Origin: Longimicrobiales bacterium | GTDB lineage: Bacteria > Gemmatimonadota > Gemmatimonadetes > Longimicrobiales > Gaopeijiaceae | Reading direction: 5' to 3' | Assembly (NCBI GenBank): GCA_965204735.1 | Contig: OZ242008.1 | Span: forward strand, 1,792,001 to 1,856,000 | Length of the DNA: 64,000 bases | Shown: positions 48,267-58,597 of the stretch, one piece after another | Numbering within the stretch: position 1 is the first letter of the stretch | Layout of the letters: the number at the start of each line of letters is the position of its first letter | Position numbers and translations under genes: made by a program | Notes under the pieces: model-generated | Seen by the model: only the letters and a program-made list of their open reading frames with translations | Databases searched by the model: none | Told to the model about the DNA's origin: nothing

Positions 48267-48811
48267 TCCCAGAAGCGGTCCCGCTCTTCGCGTTGCCGGT
48301 TCAGCCACTCGTCGAACCCCGAGGGAATCGGCTCCGGAGAGGCGGACTGCTCCTTCGCCGCTCGCGAGGCCAAGTGGTCCACGTACTCGTTCTTGGGGTC
48401 GCCGGCGTGGCCCCGGACCCACTGCCAAGTCATCTGGTGGCGGCCTGCCGAGCGGTCTAGGACCTTCCACATCGCCAAGTTCTCGATCGGTCCGGCCTTG
48501 CGCTTCCAGTTGCGTCGCTTCCAGCCGGGCATCCACTCCGACGCGCCCTTCACCAAGTACTGGGAGTCGGACACGAACCGGACCCGACAGCGCACCTTGA
48601 GGACGTCCAGAGCCATGACGGCGCTGGCCAGGGCCATCCGGTTGTTCGTGGTCGCCGGGCTCGAAGTCCACACGTCTCGCCGCACCCACGCCACGTCCTT
48701 CCAGGCTTCGATCAGGGCGGCGGCTCCGCCGGGGCGGTCCGTGTCCCGAAACTGGTTCCCCAGGCAGGACTCGTCGGCGTGAATGACGACGCGAGGCGGG
48801 TTGCGAGGCAT
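48185..48811 (-). CDS. rnhA: Ribonuclease HI
   Basis: ADESCLGN, TTNNRMAL, SDSQYL, N..MW..LD, WVRGHAG...NEYVD.LA. Confidence 0.9.
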   Translation of the reverse strand: MPRNPPRVVIHADESCLGNQFRDTDRPGGAAALIEAWKDVAWVRRDVWTSSPATTNNRMALASAVMALDVLKVRCRVRFVSDSQYLVKGASEWMPGWKRRNWKRKAGPIENLAMWKVLDRSAGRHQMTWQWVRGHAGDPKNEYVDHLASRAAKEQSASPEPIPSGFDEWLNRQREERDRFWDYFEFAPPKAVGGSGAASPGPGSRTRP

Positions 48812-48972
48812 TTCCGGAGCTTCGGCTGCAGGCGGGTCGCCGGCCCGAGCCGTGGGGCCCGGGCGGTCCGCCGGAAGATAGGCCGGTGCTTTGACGCCGG
48901 AAGGGGGGCGGCTACAATTCCCCGTGCGCGCCCCGCCGACGCGCGCCCCTGCCGCCGACCAGACGCCGCCGA

Positions 48973-50136
48973 ATGACTCGTTCCAGAACCACCGCCTACG
49001 TCATGCTGGAAGACGGGCGCCGCTTCGACGGCCTGCAGCTTGGCGCGAAGGACGAGACCGTGGGCGAAGTCGTCTTCAACACCGCCATGACCGGCTATCA
49101 GGAGGTTCTGACGGATCCGTCGTACGCCGGCCAGCTCGTCGTCATGACCTGCCCGCTGATCGGCAACTACGGGCTCAACGACGAGGACCAGGAGTCGGCC
49201 CGGCCTCAGGTGTCGGGCTTCGTCGTCAGGGAGGCGGCGCGGGCGCCCAGCTCCTGGAGGAGTCGATGCACGCTGGAGGAGTACTTGGCGGAGCACGGCG
49301 TCGTCGGGGTTCGCGAAGTGGACACGCGGGCGCTGACCCGCCACCTCCGCAGCGCCGGCGCCATGCGGGGCGGCATCGCCCCCGGCCACGTTTCCCCCGA
49401 CGCGTTCCTGGAGCGGATACGGGCCCACCCGGCGATGGAGGGCATGGAGTTGGCGAGAGGCGTCTCCACGGCCGAGCCCTACGTGGTTCCCGCCGCCGGA
49501 GACGAGAAGTACCACGTGGCGGCGTTCGACTTCGGGGTGAAGGCGAGTTCGCCCCGGTCGCTGTCGGAGCGGGGATGCCGCGTCACCGTGCTTCCCGCCG
49601 GCGCCGACACCGCCGACGTGCTGGCCCTGGAGCCGGACGGCCTCTTCGTTTCCAACGGACCTGGAGACCCGGCGGCGGTGGAGCGCGCCGCCGAGACGAT
49701 CCGAGAGGTTGCCGGCCGGGGCGTGCCGGTCTTCGGCATATGCCTGGGCCACCAGCTGATCGCGCGGGCCTGGGGCGGCGAGACGTACAAGCTGCCCTTC
49801 GGCCACCACGGCGGGAACCATCCGGTCGTGAACCCCGCCCGAGGCGCCGTCGAGATCACCTCCCAGAACCATGGCTTCGCCGTGCAGGGCGGCGAGGGCG
49901 ACCAAGTGCCCGGCGCGCCCGACCTTCGAGTCACCCACCGCAACCTCTACGACGGGACCGTGGCGGGCGTCGCCCACCGGAGCCTTCCGGTGATGGCGGT
50001 GCAGTACCATCCGGAGGCCGCGCCGGGGCCCCACGACAGCCGCTACCTCTTCGACGACTTCGTGTCCCTCATGGCCGGGCGCCGGCAGCGGAAGCCGCGG
50101 CCCCCGACACCGACGACCGCCACGTGCGACGTTTGA
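48973..50136 (+). CDS. carA: Carbamoyl-phosphate synthase small subunit
   Basis: GEVVFNTAMTGYQE.LTDPSY, SNGPGDP, GICLGHQ, QYHPE. Confidence 0.97.
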   Translation: MTRSRTTAYVMLEDGRRFDGLQLGAKDETVGEVVFNTAMTGYQEVLTDPSYAGQLVVMTCPLIGNYGLNDEDQESARPQVSGFVVREAARAPSSWRSRCTLEEYLAEHGVVGVREVDTRALTRHLRSAGAMRGGIAPGHVSPDAFLERIRAHPAMEGMELARGVSTAEPYVVPAAGDEKYHVAAFDFGVKASSPRSLSERGCRVTVLPAGADTADVLALEPDGLFVSNGPGDPAAVERAAETIREVAGRGVPVFGICLGHQLIARAWGGETYKLPFGHHGGNHPVVNPARGAVEITSQNHGFAVQGGEGDQVPGAPDLRVTHRNLYDGTVAGVAHRSLPVMAVQYHPEAAPGPHDSRYLFDDFVSLMAGRRQRKPRPPTPTTATCDV

Positions 50137-50224
50137 CGCCGCCGGGGGCGCCGGCTTACTTCTCCGTTGGCATCGGGTCCCTCGCGAGGCACCCCGGAGG
50201 CGCGAAACACCCCGGAGGAAGGGA

Positions 50225-50662
50225 ATGACGAAAGCCGACCTCGTGGAACAAGTTGCGGACGCGATCGGACCTGGCGTCACCAAGCGGGACTGCGCTCTGG
50301 TCGTGGACGGGTTCCTCAACGCCGTGAAGCACGCCCTCGTTCAAGGCGACAGCATCGAGATACGGGGCTTCGGCACGTTCAGCATCCGGCAGCACAAGGC
50401 CCGGACGGCCCGCAACCCCAAGACCGGCGAGCCGGTGCAGGTTCCCGCGCGCTCCGTGCCCGGCTTCAAGCCCTCGAAGATCCTTCGGGACCGGGTCGCG
50501 AACGGTCCGCTCCCGCCCTCGGCGCCGGCGTTCTCCGATCCGGCGTGGTCGTTTCCGTCGCCCGGTCCGTCGCCGGGAAACCACTCGATCGCCGCCTCCG
50601 ACTCCCGGTCGGACTCGTCCTCCTGGCCGCCCGGCGCCTTCGCCGGCGAGTCCCCCGTCTAG
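50225..50662 (+). CDS. HU/IHF-family DNA-binding protein with low-complexity C-terminal tail
   Basis: MTKADLV, IEIRGFGTF, ARNPKTGE, FKPSK.L. Confidence 0.92.
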   Translation: MTKADLVEQVADAIGPGVTKRDCALVVDGFLNAVKHALVQGDSIEIRGFGTFSIRQHKARTARNPKTGEPVQVPARSVPGFKPSKILRDRVANGPLPPSAPAFSDPAWSFPSPGPSPGNHSIAASDSRSDSSSWPPGAFAGESPV

Positions 50663-50694
50663 CTCCGCTGGACGACGGCTCGCAGGGGAACGAA

Positions 50695-50940
50695 GTGAAT
50701 GTCACCGTGCTCTTCTTCGCGGCCCACCGGGAGCTGGCGGGGGCGCGGGACGCCGTGGTCTCGTTGCCGGAGCGCTCCACGGTGGATGCGCTGCTGGCCG
50801 CGTTGCGGGAGCGCGGAGGAGGCTTGGCTCGGCTGCCGAGCCAAGTGGCGGTGGCCGTGAACCGGAAGTACGCAGACGGAACGACCGAGTTGGCCGAGGG
50901 CGACGAGGTGGCGTTGATCCCGCCCGTCGCCGGGGGATGA
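50695..50940 (+). CDS. moaD: Molybdopterin synthase sulfur carrier
   Basis: VLFFA..RE.AG, VAVN, GDEVALIPPVAGG C-terminus. Confidence 0.93.
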   Translation: MNVTVLFFAAHRELAGARDAVVSLPERSTVDALLAALRERGGGLARLPSQVAVAVNRKYADGTTELAEGDEVALIPPVAGG

Positions 50941-51395
50941 GCCGCACAGCAATGCCTTGGAGCCAGATCACCACGGACCCCATCGACCCGTCGGCGGCGC
51001 TGGCCCAGGTCGGCGGCGCCGAGGACGGCGCGACCGTGCTCTTCCTGGGCGTCGTGCGGAACGCCAACGAGGGGCGTCCGGTCTCGGGAGTGGAGTACGA
51101 GGGGTACGCCGAGATGGCTGGCGAGGAGCTTGCGGCGATCGTGGGAGAGGCGGCCGGGCGGGCGGGAAGCGTTCGCGTCGGGGCGGTGCATCGGCTGGGG
51201 GACCTGAAGGTGGGCGAGGTCAGCGTTGCCGTCGCCGTGTCGACGCCCCACCGCGCCGAGGCGTTCGAAGCCGCGCGCTACGTGATGGAAGAGGTCAAGA
51301 AGCGCCTTCCGGTGTGGAAGCGGGAGCGCTACGTGGACGGGGCGTCCGAATGGCTGGAAGGGCGGGTCCCGGCAGCCGCCGGAGGCGCGGAGTGA
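50937..51395 (+). CDS. moaE: Molybdopterin synthase catalytic subunit
   Basis: GA.V.F.G.VRN, YE.Y..MA, HRLG.L.VGE, HR..AF, PVWKRE. Confidence 0.94.
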   Translation: MSRTAMPWSQITTDPIDPSAALAQVGGAEDGATVLFLGVVRNANEGRPVSGVEYEGYAEMAGEELAAIVGEAAGRAGSVRVGAVHRLGDLKVGEVSVAVAVSTPHRAEAFEAARYVMEEVKKRLPVWKRERYVDGASEWLEGRVPAAAGGAE

Positions 51396-51487
51396 GTTGG
51401 CGGCCTTCCGGGGCGCCCCGGACCCCGCTCGGCCGCCGCTCCGCCGCGGCCGATCCCTCCGAAGCCGGCGGCCGCTCCGCCCCTGCC

Positions 51488-52468
51488 ATGGTGGACGGCT
51501 TCGGCCGCCGCATCGAGTACCTCCGCATATCCGTCACCGACAAGTGCAACCTGCGGTGCGTGTACTGCATGCCCGAAGAGGGACTGCCGTGGCTGCGCCG
51601 CGACGACATCCTGACCTACGAAGAGATCGCCGAGATCGTGGCCGTCATGGCCGGGATGGGCCTTCGGCGCCTGCGCCTGACCGGCGGCGAGCCCCTGGTG
51701 CGCAAGGACTTGGCTCGCCTCGTGGCCCAGCTCGCGGCGATCCCGGGGATCGAGGACGTCGCCCTCTCGACCAACGCCGTGCTGCTCGCCCAGCAGGCCC
51801 GAGCGCTGCGCGACGCCGGCGTCTCGCGCGTGAACATCTCGCTGGACTCGCTGCGTCCCGAGCGCGCCGACGCGATCGCCCGCCGGCCCGGCGCCCTGGC
51901 CAAGGTCCTGGAGGGCCTGGACGCCGCCTACGCCGTCGGCTTCGACCCGATCAAGATCAACGTCGTCCTGATGCGCGGCCAGAACGACGACGAGGTGCCC
52001 GCCTTCGCCCAGCTCTCCCGCGATCGTCCCCTCCACGTGCGCTTCATCGAAGTGATGCCCACCGAGTCCAACTTGGATCTCAGCGCGTCCAACTTCCTCT
52101 CCTGCGACGAGGCCCTGGCGGCCCTCCGGGCGGTCGACGACCTGGCGCCCGTCGGCGGTCCTCCGGGCAACGGCCCCGCCACGTACTACGCCTACCCCGG
52201 CGCACGCGGCACCATCGGCGTCATCACGCCCATGAGCCACAACTTCTGCAGCCGCTGCAACCGGATGCGCCTCACGGCCGACGGCCAGCTTCGCCCCTGC
52301 CTCTTCGGCGAGATGCAGACGCCCTTGCGCGACGCCCTGCGACGGGGCGAGGATCTGGCGCCGCTCGTCGCCGAGACCCTCCGAATCAAGCCGGAGAAGC
52401 ATCTCCTGGTGCAGGGATCCGCGACGGGGTCCGGGGGCTTGGTGGCGCTCTCCCAGACGGGGGGGTAG
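51488..52468 (+). CDS. moaA: GTP 3',8-cyclase
   Basis: YLRISVTDKCNLRCVYCMP, TGGEPL, FCSRCNRMRLTADG.LRPCL, C-terminal GG. Confidence 0.96.
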   Translation: MVDGFGRRIEYLRISVTDKCNLRCVYCMPEEGLPWLRRDDILTYEEIAEIVAVMAGMGLRRLRLTGGEPLVRKDLARLVAQLAAIPGIEDVALSTNAVLLAQQARALRDAGVSRVNISLDSLRPERADAIARRPGALAKVLEGLDAAYAVGFDPIKINVVLMRGQNDDEVPAFAQLSRDRPLHVRFIEVMPTESNLDLSASNFLSCDEALAALRAVDDLAPVGGPPGNGPATYYAYPGARGTIGVITPMSHNFCSRCNRMRLTADGQLRPCLFGEMQTPLRDALRRGEDLAPLVAETLRIKPEKHLLVQGSATGSGGLVALSQTGG

Positions 52469-52588
52469 CTTCCAAGCCCTTGTCCGCGTGCGCGTGCACG
52501 ATGCGGTCCTCCTTCGAGTGAGCGCGGCTGCATCTTGCTTCCGCACGCGTGCGTGCACGCTCCGGTCACCACCAAGCTCGGGGAAGAG

Positions 52589-53527
52589 ATGTCAGCCAGG
52601 AAGATCACCGTCGTCGGCGCAGGTCACGTAGGCGAGGTCTGCGCCCAGCGCGTTGCCGAGAAGGAGCTCTGCCAAGAAGTCGTCCTCGTCGACATCGTGG
52701 ACGGAGTTCCCCAAGGGAAGGGCCTCGACCAGTGGCAGAGCGCCCCGGTGGAGGGGTTCGACACCCGGGTCGTGGGCTGTTGCGACTATGGGCCGGCGGA
52801 AGGCTCGGACCTCGTCGTCGTGACCGCGGGGATCGCGCGCAAGCCGGGGATGAGCCGCGACGACCTGCTGCGCACCAACGCCGGGATCGTGCATTCCGTG
52901 GGACGCGAGATCGCCCGGGTCGCACCCGACGCCGTCGTGATCGTGGTGTCGAACCCCCTGGACGTGATGGCGTACGTCATGAAGGAAGCGACCGGCTTCC
53001 CCCGCCAGCGGGTGGTCGGCATGGCGGGAGTGCTCGACACGGCCCGCTTCCGAGCCTTCATCGCCATGGAGCTGGACGTGAGCGTGCAGGACATCCAGGC
53101 CCTCGTGCTCGGCGGCCACGGCGACACGATGGTGCCGCTGGCCTCCTACGCCTCCGTGAGCGGGATCCCCCTGACCCAGCTCGTGGCGCCGGACAGGCTC
53201 GAGGCGCTGATCGACCGGACGCGGAACGGCGGCGCCGAGATCGTCGGCCACTTGAAGACGGGGAGCGCCTACTACGCCCCGTCGGCCGCCGCGGTCCAGA
53301 TGGCCGAAGCCGTGGTCAAGAACCAGCGCCGCATCCTGCCCGCCGCCGCCTACCTGGACGGCGAGTACGGCGAGCGCGGCATCTACCTGGGCGTGCCCTG
53401 CAAGCTGGGCGAGGGCGGATTGGTGGAGATCGTCGAGGTGGAGCTGACGGGCGCCGAGAAGGCCGCGCTGGCCAAGAGCGCCGCCCACGTGCGCGCCACG
53501 ATGACGGGGTTGGACGGGGGGCGGTGA
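52589..53527 (+). CDS. mdh: Malate dehydrogenase (LDH-like)
   Basis: VGAGHVG, TAGIARKPGMSRDDL, SNPLD, LDTARF, GGHGD. Confidence 0.96.
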   Translation: MSARKITVVGAGHVGEVCAQRVAEKELCQEVVLVDIVDGVPQGKGLDQWQSAPVEGFDTRVVGCCDYGPAEGSDLVVVTAGIARKPGMSRDDLLRTNAGIVHSVGREIARVAPDAVVIVVSNPLDVMAYVMKEATGFPRQRVVGMAGVLDTARFRAFIAMELDVSVQDIQALVLGGHGDTMVPLASYASVSGIPLTQLVAPDRLEALIDRTRNGGAEIVGHLKTGSAYYAPSAAAVQMAEAVVKNQRRILPAAAYLDGEYGERGIYLGVPCKLGEGGLVEIVEVELTGAEKAALAKSAAHVRATMTGLDGGR

Positions 53528-53552
53528 CGAGTTCGCGCGGGATCGTTTAAGG

Positions 53553-54473
53553 TCAGGGCGACCGGAAGCGCTCCGGGTCCACCTCCGGGTTGAGCACGAA
53601 CTCGGTCGTCTCCAGCACCTTCCACACGGCGCCGTCTGCGTTCACGTGCACGCGACGGCCCGCGAAGACGTAGCCGTCCACCTCTCGGACGTCTTCCCAG
53701 TACGTGCGGCTGACGTTGGTGCGGCCCTCTTCTCGGTAGGCGATCGACACGGGCGTCGCGCGCCCCTCCTCGAAGGCGTAGAACCACGTGTCGTCGTGGT
53801 CGCCCACGCCCTCGCCGAAGGTGACCCGCACCTGCTGGCGGCCCTCGTCGTCGGCGCCGTCGTGATGCAGGAAAACGCCCGGGTCCTTGAGCTTGAACGG
53901 CAGGCCGATCCAGTAGAACACGTCGCTGGCCACATACCGGGCCTCGTCCCAGTCCTTGTCCCCGGCCGAGAGGGTCTCGCCGTTCATCGACGCCCACTCG
54001 ACCCGGCCGTCGAAGCCGTGCTGGATGAAGTCGTTCCCTTCCCAGCGCTCGATCCGCGCCGCCTCTCCCGTGTCGAGCCGGGCGATCTCGACGTAGCGCG
54101 GGCGCGCGCGCCGGAGCCGACCGCTCGCCGGGTCGTAGAGCTTGGTGGTCAGCGTGTACGCCGCGCTCTGGAGCTTCCAGTAGGTCTCCATGCCGCCCAG
54201 CGCCTCGATCCAGCCGTCCACCAGAGCGACGGCGGCCGGGTCGGAGCCGCCCTGGCTCGCGGCGGATGCGGCGGCGCCGTCAGGACCGTCCCGGGTCTGC
54301 GATCCGCTTGCGACTGCTCCCACGGCGACCGCCGCCGTCGTCGCGGCCACTGCCGTCGCTGCTGCCGCGGCCGCCAACCGCGCCGCCGCCGCTGTCGTCG
54401 CGGCCACTGCCGTCGCTGTTGCCGCGGCCGCCAACCGCGCCGCCGGCTTCGTCGTCTCCGTCTCGTTGCTCAT
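53553..54473 (-). CDS. Putative exported hypothetical protein (LolA-like fold possible)
   Basis: Ala-rich duplicated N-terminus; IEALGG...W, YWIGLPFKLKDPG, VTF..GVG; natural codon usage. Confidence 0.7.
   Translation of the reverse strand: MSNETETTKPAARLAAAATATAVAATTAAAARLAAAAAATAVAATTAAVAVGAVASGSQTRDGPDGAAASAASQGGSDPAAVALVDGWIEALGGMETYWKLQSAAYTLTTKLYDPASGRLRRARPRYVEIARLDTGEAARIERWEGNDFIQHGFDGRVEWASMNGETLSAGDKDWDEARYVASDVFYWIGLPFKLKDPGVFLHHDGADDEGRQQVRVTFGEGVGDHDDTWFYAFEEGRATPVSIAYREEGRTNVSRTYWEDVREVDGYVFAGRRVHVNADGAVWKVLETTEFVLNPEVDPERFRSP
54331..54445. repeat. 57-bp in-frame tandem duplication
   Basis: GTCGTCGCGGCCACTGCCGTCGCTG.TGCCGCGGCCGCCAACCGCGCCGCCG at 54337 and 54394. Confidence 0.85.
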
Positions 54474-54536
54474 CGCACGTCTCCTTGCCGTAGATTGCTA
54501 CCGATTCTCGGCCTTCCGCACACGCCGGACAAGCCC

Positions 54537-55100
54537 ATGGACCGCAACCCCCCGGAAGTGGAGCCCGCCAAGCCGAAGGCAGCCCGGGCGGCCGCCCTGC
54601 TCGCCACGACGTGCTTCGCGCTCTGGGCGTGCGGCGGAGACGGCCCCGCTCGGCCCGAGCCCCCCAAGATTGAGGAGCTTGATTTCGCTCCCGAGCTGGG
54701 CGTCGACATCTCGCAGATGACCCTCCTGCCCTCGGGCCTCTACGTCCGCGACCGGGTGGAGGGCGAAGGCGACCCGGTCCGCTCCCAGACGGGCATTCGG
54801 TTCAGCTACGAAGGCTGGCTCCACGACGGAACTCCGGTGGATCGGGGCATCTACCCGGCGAGCGTCTTCTTGCCCGGCGCCTACGTCAGCCTGGTGGACG
54901 GGCAGCACTACTACCTGCTGGGAAGCGGCCAGACCATAGCCGCCTGGGACTTGGGCCTCGACGGGATGCGCGTCGGCGGCGTTCGGCAGGTGGTGGCGCC
55001 TCCGGTGCTGGGCTACGGAGGCGTGGGCTCTCCCGACGGTCGCGTCCCGCCGAACGCCGTCCTCGTCTACGACTTCGAACTGCTGGCCGTCGAACCGTGA
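54537..55100 (+). CDS. FKBP-type peptidyl-prolyl isomerase, probable lipoprotein
   Basis: Lipobox LWAC, SGLY..D..EG.G, Y.GWL.DGT, WDLGL.GMRVGG.R....PP.LGYG, VPPNAVLVYDFEL. Confidence 0.9.
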   Translation: MDRNPPEVEPAKPKAARAAALLATTCFALWACGGDGPARPEPPKIEELDFAPELGVDISQMTLLPSGLYVRDRVEGEGDPVRSQTGIRFSYEGWLHDGTPVDRGIYPASVFLPGAYVSLVDGQHYYLLGSGQTIAAWDLGLDGMRVGGVRQVVAPPVLGYGGVGSPDGRVPPNAVLVYDFELLAVEP

Positions 55101-55236
55101 CCCGCCGGCGCAGCCGGCCGTCGTCGCCGTGGGCCCCGATCGCCTGCCGCCGCGACCGCACCACCGCGGCGACCCGCGGGCGGAGTCCGCCGTCGTTCGT
55201 GCAACCGTCCGCCCGCAGCCCTCGGCCCGCCGCCGG

Positions 55237-57426
55237 TCACCTGCTCTCTTCGATCGTCCGCTCCACGGCGCGCATCCGGGCCGCCAGCTCGCGCACCGCG
55301 TTCACGTACACCCGCTCCCACCCGGGGAGCGCGGCTCGGTTGTCGGTCTCGATCTCGTAGCGCAGTCCCGGGAGCATCCACGACGCGTAGCCGGAGAACG
55401 GGTCGGGAGACACGTAGAGCGAGCGGCTCCACGGTCGGCCCTGCAGTCCCCGGTCGTTCAGCCAAGCCTTCTCCAGCCCGATCAGCCCCCGGTTGACCCG
55501 CTCGGCCGCCGCGGCGCTCACCTCGTCCGAGGCGGTCCAGCGGTCCCGCGCCGCGGCCAAGTCGCCGGCCGCGTCCTCCAAGTCGTCCACGGCCGCCGCC
55601 AGCCTGGGGAAGGCCACGTCGAGTCCCCGCGCGTCCGCGGCCTCGAGCAGGCCCGCCAAGTGCGTCCGCGCGTCGGCCGCGTAGCGCTCCACGTCGTAGG
55701 GCAGGACGTCGGCGTTGGCGAAGCGCAGGGCCAGCACTCCGTCGGCTCGGGCCACCATCGGCCCGAAGACGAAGTCCACGTCCCCGAAGCGCTCGTACCA
55801 GGCGAAGTTGTCGTAGTTGGAGTGGTAGACGCCCCCCGGACCGCCGCTGGAGAGCGCCCCCGAAGGCACCCCCGCATGGGTGTAGAACGCCACGTGGTCG
55901 CTTCCGCCGCCCAAGTTGCCCAGCGAAGGCTCGTCGGCGTCGCTCCCGGCCCGCTCCATCCACCGCTCGTGCACGCTTCCGCCGCTGCCCGGGTACGCGA
56001 CGGCCTTGGTGGCTTCCACGATCTGGGCCTTCAGCGACGGCGAGGCCGAGGCGCCGAAGTTGCCCCCCGACACCGCGCCGTCGGCGTTGATGTACGCGAT
56101 GGCGTTGGCCTCCAGCTCCTCGCGGAACTCCTCGACCCACTCGGTCGAGCCGATGATCCCCGCCTCTTCGGCGTCCCAGTGCGCGATCATGATCGAGCGC
56201 CGGGGACGGCAACCCGCGTCCGCAAGCTCGCCCAGCGCCTCGGCCAGCGTCAGCAGCATGGCGGTTCCGCCGTTGGGATCGATGGCGCCGAAGCCCCACG
56301 GGTCGTAGTGGGCGCCCAGGACGAACCACTCGTTCGGGAACTCGGCGCCCCGGAGCGTCCCCACGACGTTGACCGCCCGGGTCAGCGCCTTGGGCTGGTC
56401 GACCCGCACCCGCACCGTGAGCCTGCTCCCGCCCTCGATCCGGTAGGTCACGCCTTCGATGCCGCCCTGCCACGCTTCCGGGGCCTCGCGCCCCTCCATG
56501 CGGGTCAGGATCTCCGACGCCGGGCCGTAGCCCAGGGGCAGCACGGGAATGGTGTGGAAGGGGACTTCGGACGGGTCCAGGCGGTCGACTTGCCGCTCGC
56601 CGTCCAGGGGCAGGGCGGGCTCGAAGGGGGTCAGCGGATCGCCGGTCCACGGCAACGTCAGCACCGATCCGCGCTGGATCGTCTGGCTGCTCATCATGGG
56701 GCCTTCGGGGTAGGGCAGCAGCGCGTCGGGGCGTCGAGGCCCGGGGTCGTTGAACATGACGACGCCGGCGGCGCCCCGTTCCTCGGCGAACTTCACCTTG
56801 TAGCCGCGGAAGTTTCCCCCGTAGCGGGCCACGACCACCTTGCCCGCCACGGACACGCCCATCGAGTCCAGCGCCAGGTAGTCCTCTCGCCGCCCGAAGT
56901 TGGCGTACACGACCTCCGCCGTGACGTCGCCGCTTCCCGAGAAGGCGTTCCATCCGTTCAGCAGCTCCGGGTGGCCCGAGAAGCGGTCCTCGTCCAGAGC
57001 GGGCTCGCGGTTGGAGAGCCGCATGGCGACGGGCGTCACGACGTGGACCTCGACGTCGTCGGTGAGCAGCGGCAGGTACACGTCGTAGGCGTGCGAGACC
57101 ACCTCCAGCCCCGCCGCCTCCATGGCCCGGGCCAAGTACTCGCCCACCTGTCGCTGGGCCTCGGAACCTGCCGGGTGCGGGCGTTCGGTGATCGTCCGCA
57201 AGTGCTCCCGGAAGGAGTCGCTGCGGGGCAGGGGAAGGAAGCGCCGCTCGCACGCGGCCTGCTCGGCGGCGCGGGTCCCGGTGAACCCGGTCAGCGCGGC
57301 GGCGGGTTGCCCGACGCTCGTCTCCTGGGACGGGGCCGGGGCGGGCCAGGCCATGGCCAGGGCGGCCAGGGAAGCGGCGGGTGCGGCGCGCTTCAGGGCG
57401 CGGCCGCCGAGGGAGCGCACCGCCAC
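55237..57426 (-). CDS. M28 peptidase, glutamate carboxypeptidase II-like (PA domain plus dimerisation domain)
   Basis: PHPAGS, VVYANFG, RG.KV, GAHYD.W..GA.DP..G, WDAEE, GSTEW, YINAD, GSDH, YHS.YD; start approximate. Confidence 0.92.
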   Translation of the reverse strand: MAVRSLGGRALKRAAPAASLAALAMAWPAPAPSQETSVGQPAAALTGFTGTRAAEQAACERRFLPLPRSDSFREHLRTITERPHPAGSEAQRQVGEYLARAMEAAGLEVVSHAYDVYLPLLTDDVEVHVVTPVAMRLSNREPALDEDRFSGHPELLNGWNAFSGSGDVTAEVVYANFGRREDYLALDSMGVSVAGKVVVARYGGNFRGYKVKFAEERGAAGVVMFNDPGPRRPDALLPYPEGPMMSSQTIQRGSVLTLPWTGDPLTPFEPALPLDGERQVDRLDPSEVPFHTIPVLPLGYGPASEILTRMEGREAPEAWQGGIEGVTYRIEGGSRLTVRVRVDQPKALTRAVNVVGTLRGAEFPNEWFVLGAHYDPWGFGAIDPNGGTAMLLTLAEALGELADAGCRPRRSIMIAHWDAEEAGIIGSTEWVEEFREELEANAIAYINADGAVSGGNFGASASPSLKAQIVEATKAVAYPGSGGSVHERWMERAGSDADEPSLGNLGGGSDHVAFYTHAGVPSGALSSGGPGGVYHSNYDNFAWYERFGDVDFVFGPMVARADGVLALRFANADVLPYDVERYAADARTHLAGLLEAADARGLDVAFPRLAAAVDDLEDAAGDLAAARDRWTASDEVSAAAAERVNRGLIGLEKAWLNDRGLQGRPWSRSLYVSPDPFSGYASWMLPGLRYEIETDNRAALPGWERVYVNAVRELAARMRAVERTIEESR

Positions 57427-57430
57427 GCCT

Positions 57431-57985
57431 CTACAGCTTCGGCAGGGTGACGCCCGCCTGGCCCTGGTACTTTCCCTTCCGGTCGGCGTAGGCCACCTCG
57501 GGCGCTTCGTCGCCTTGGAGGAAGACCAGCTGGGCGATTCCTTCGCCGCCGTAGATGCGCGCCGGCAGCGGCGTCGTGTTGGATATCTCAAGGGTCAGGT
57601 AGCCTTCCCACGTGGGCTCGAGAGGCGTGACGTTCACGATGATCCCGCACCGGGCGTAGGTGCTCTTGCCCACGCAGAGCACCAGCACGTCCCGGGGGAT
57701 GCGGAAGCGCTCCACGGTCCGGGCGAGCGCGAAGGAGTTGGGCGGGATGATGCACTCCGGCTCCGCCACGTCCACGAACGACCGCTCGTCGAACGACTTG
57801 GGGTCCACGACCAAGTTGTGGACGTTGGTGAAGACCTTGAACTCGGGCGCGACCCGGATGTCGTACCCGAACGACGAGAGTCCGTAGGAGATGCTTCCGT
57901 CCCGGACCTGGCTCGTCGCGAAGGGCTCGATCATCCGGCGTTCCTGGGCCATGCGGCGGATCCAGCGGTCGCTCTTGACGGGCAT
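57431..57985 (-). CDS. dcd: dCTP deaminase
   Basis: [47 protein letters not shown]. Confidence 0.95.
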   Translation of the reverse strand: MPVKSDRWIRRMAQERRMIEPFATSQVRDGSISYGLSSFGYDIRVAPEFKVFTNVHNLVVDPKSFDERSFVDVAEPECIIPPNSFALARTVERFRIPRDVLVLCVGKSTYARCGIIVNVTPLEPTWEGYLTLEISNTTPLPARIYGGEGIAQLVFLQGDEAPEVAYADRKGKYQGQAGVTLPKL

Positions 57986-58240
57986 GCGCAGTGCGGGGAG
58001 GGGTTTCGAGGAGCAGGGCGTCGACCAGGCGTGAGCGGACGGCTTCCGAGGGGGAGCGGCACTTCCTTGCGACGCCAAGTTAGCCCGGCGCGCGAGACTC
58101 CGCCAAGCGGGTGCCGGCCGCCGACCAGCCCCTTTGCGCGAGGGCTTGAATCGTTCCGCGCTCCTGGGTATCTTGGGCCGTCCGCGTTCGTGAACGCTTC
58201 ACATGCCTCGCAAGTCCTTTGGGAGCCGCCCGGACGGTCG

Positions 58241-58597
58241 ATGACCCGGTCCTACGCCCCCATCCTCGTCATTCTCGGCGTCTCGGTCCTCAACACGATC
58301 GGGATGGTGATCGCCTCCCACGTCCTGAACCCCCGACGCCCGACGCCCCAGAAGTCCATGCCCTACGAGTCGGGCATGATCCCGCTGGGGGACACCCGGG
58401 CGCGGTTCTCGGTCAAGTTCTACATGGTCGCGATCAGCTTCATCGTCTTCGACCTGGAGACGATCTTCCTGGTTCCCTGGGCCGTGCGGATGCGGGAGCT
58501 TGGCTGGGGGCCCTTCGTGGCGGTGGTCGTCTTCGTCTTGGTGCTGGCCGTGGGGCTGGTCTACGAGTGGAAGAAAGGCGGATTGGAATGGGAGTGA
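58241..58597 (+). CDS. nuoA: NADH-quinone oxidoreductase subunit A
   Basis: [31 protein letters not shown]. Confidence 0.96.
   Translation: MTRSYAPILVILGVSVLNTIGMVIASHVLNPRRPTPQKSMPYESGMIPLGDTRARFSVKFYMVAISFIVFDLETIFLVPWAVRMRELGWGPFVAVVVFVLVLAVGLVYEWKKGGLEWE

Noticed and set aside
50495..50662. HU C-terminal extension as a new domain
   Set aside because: Low-complexity Pro/Ser tail with no motif; probably stop-codon drift.
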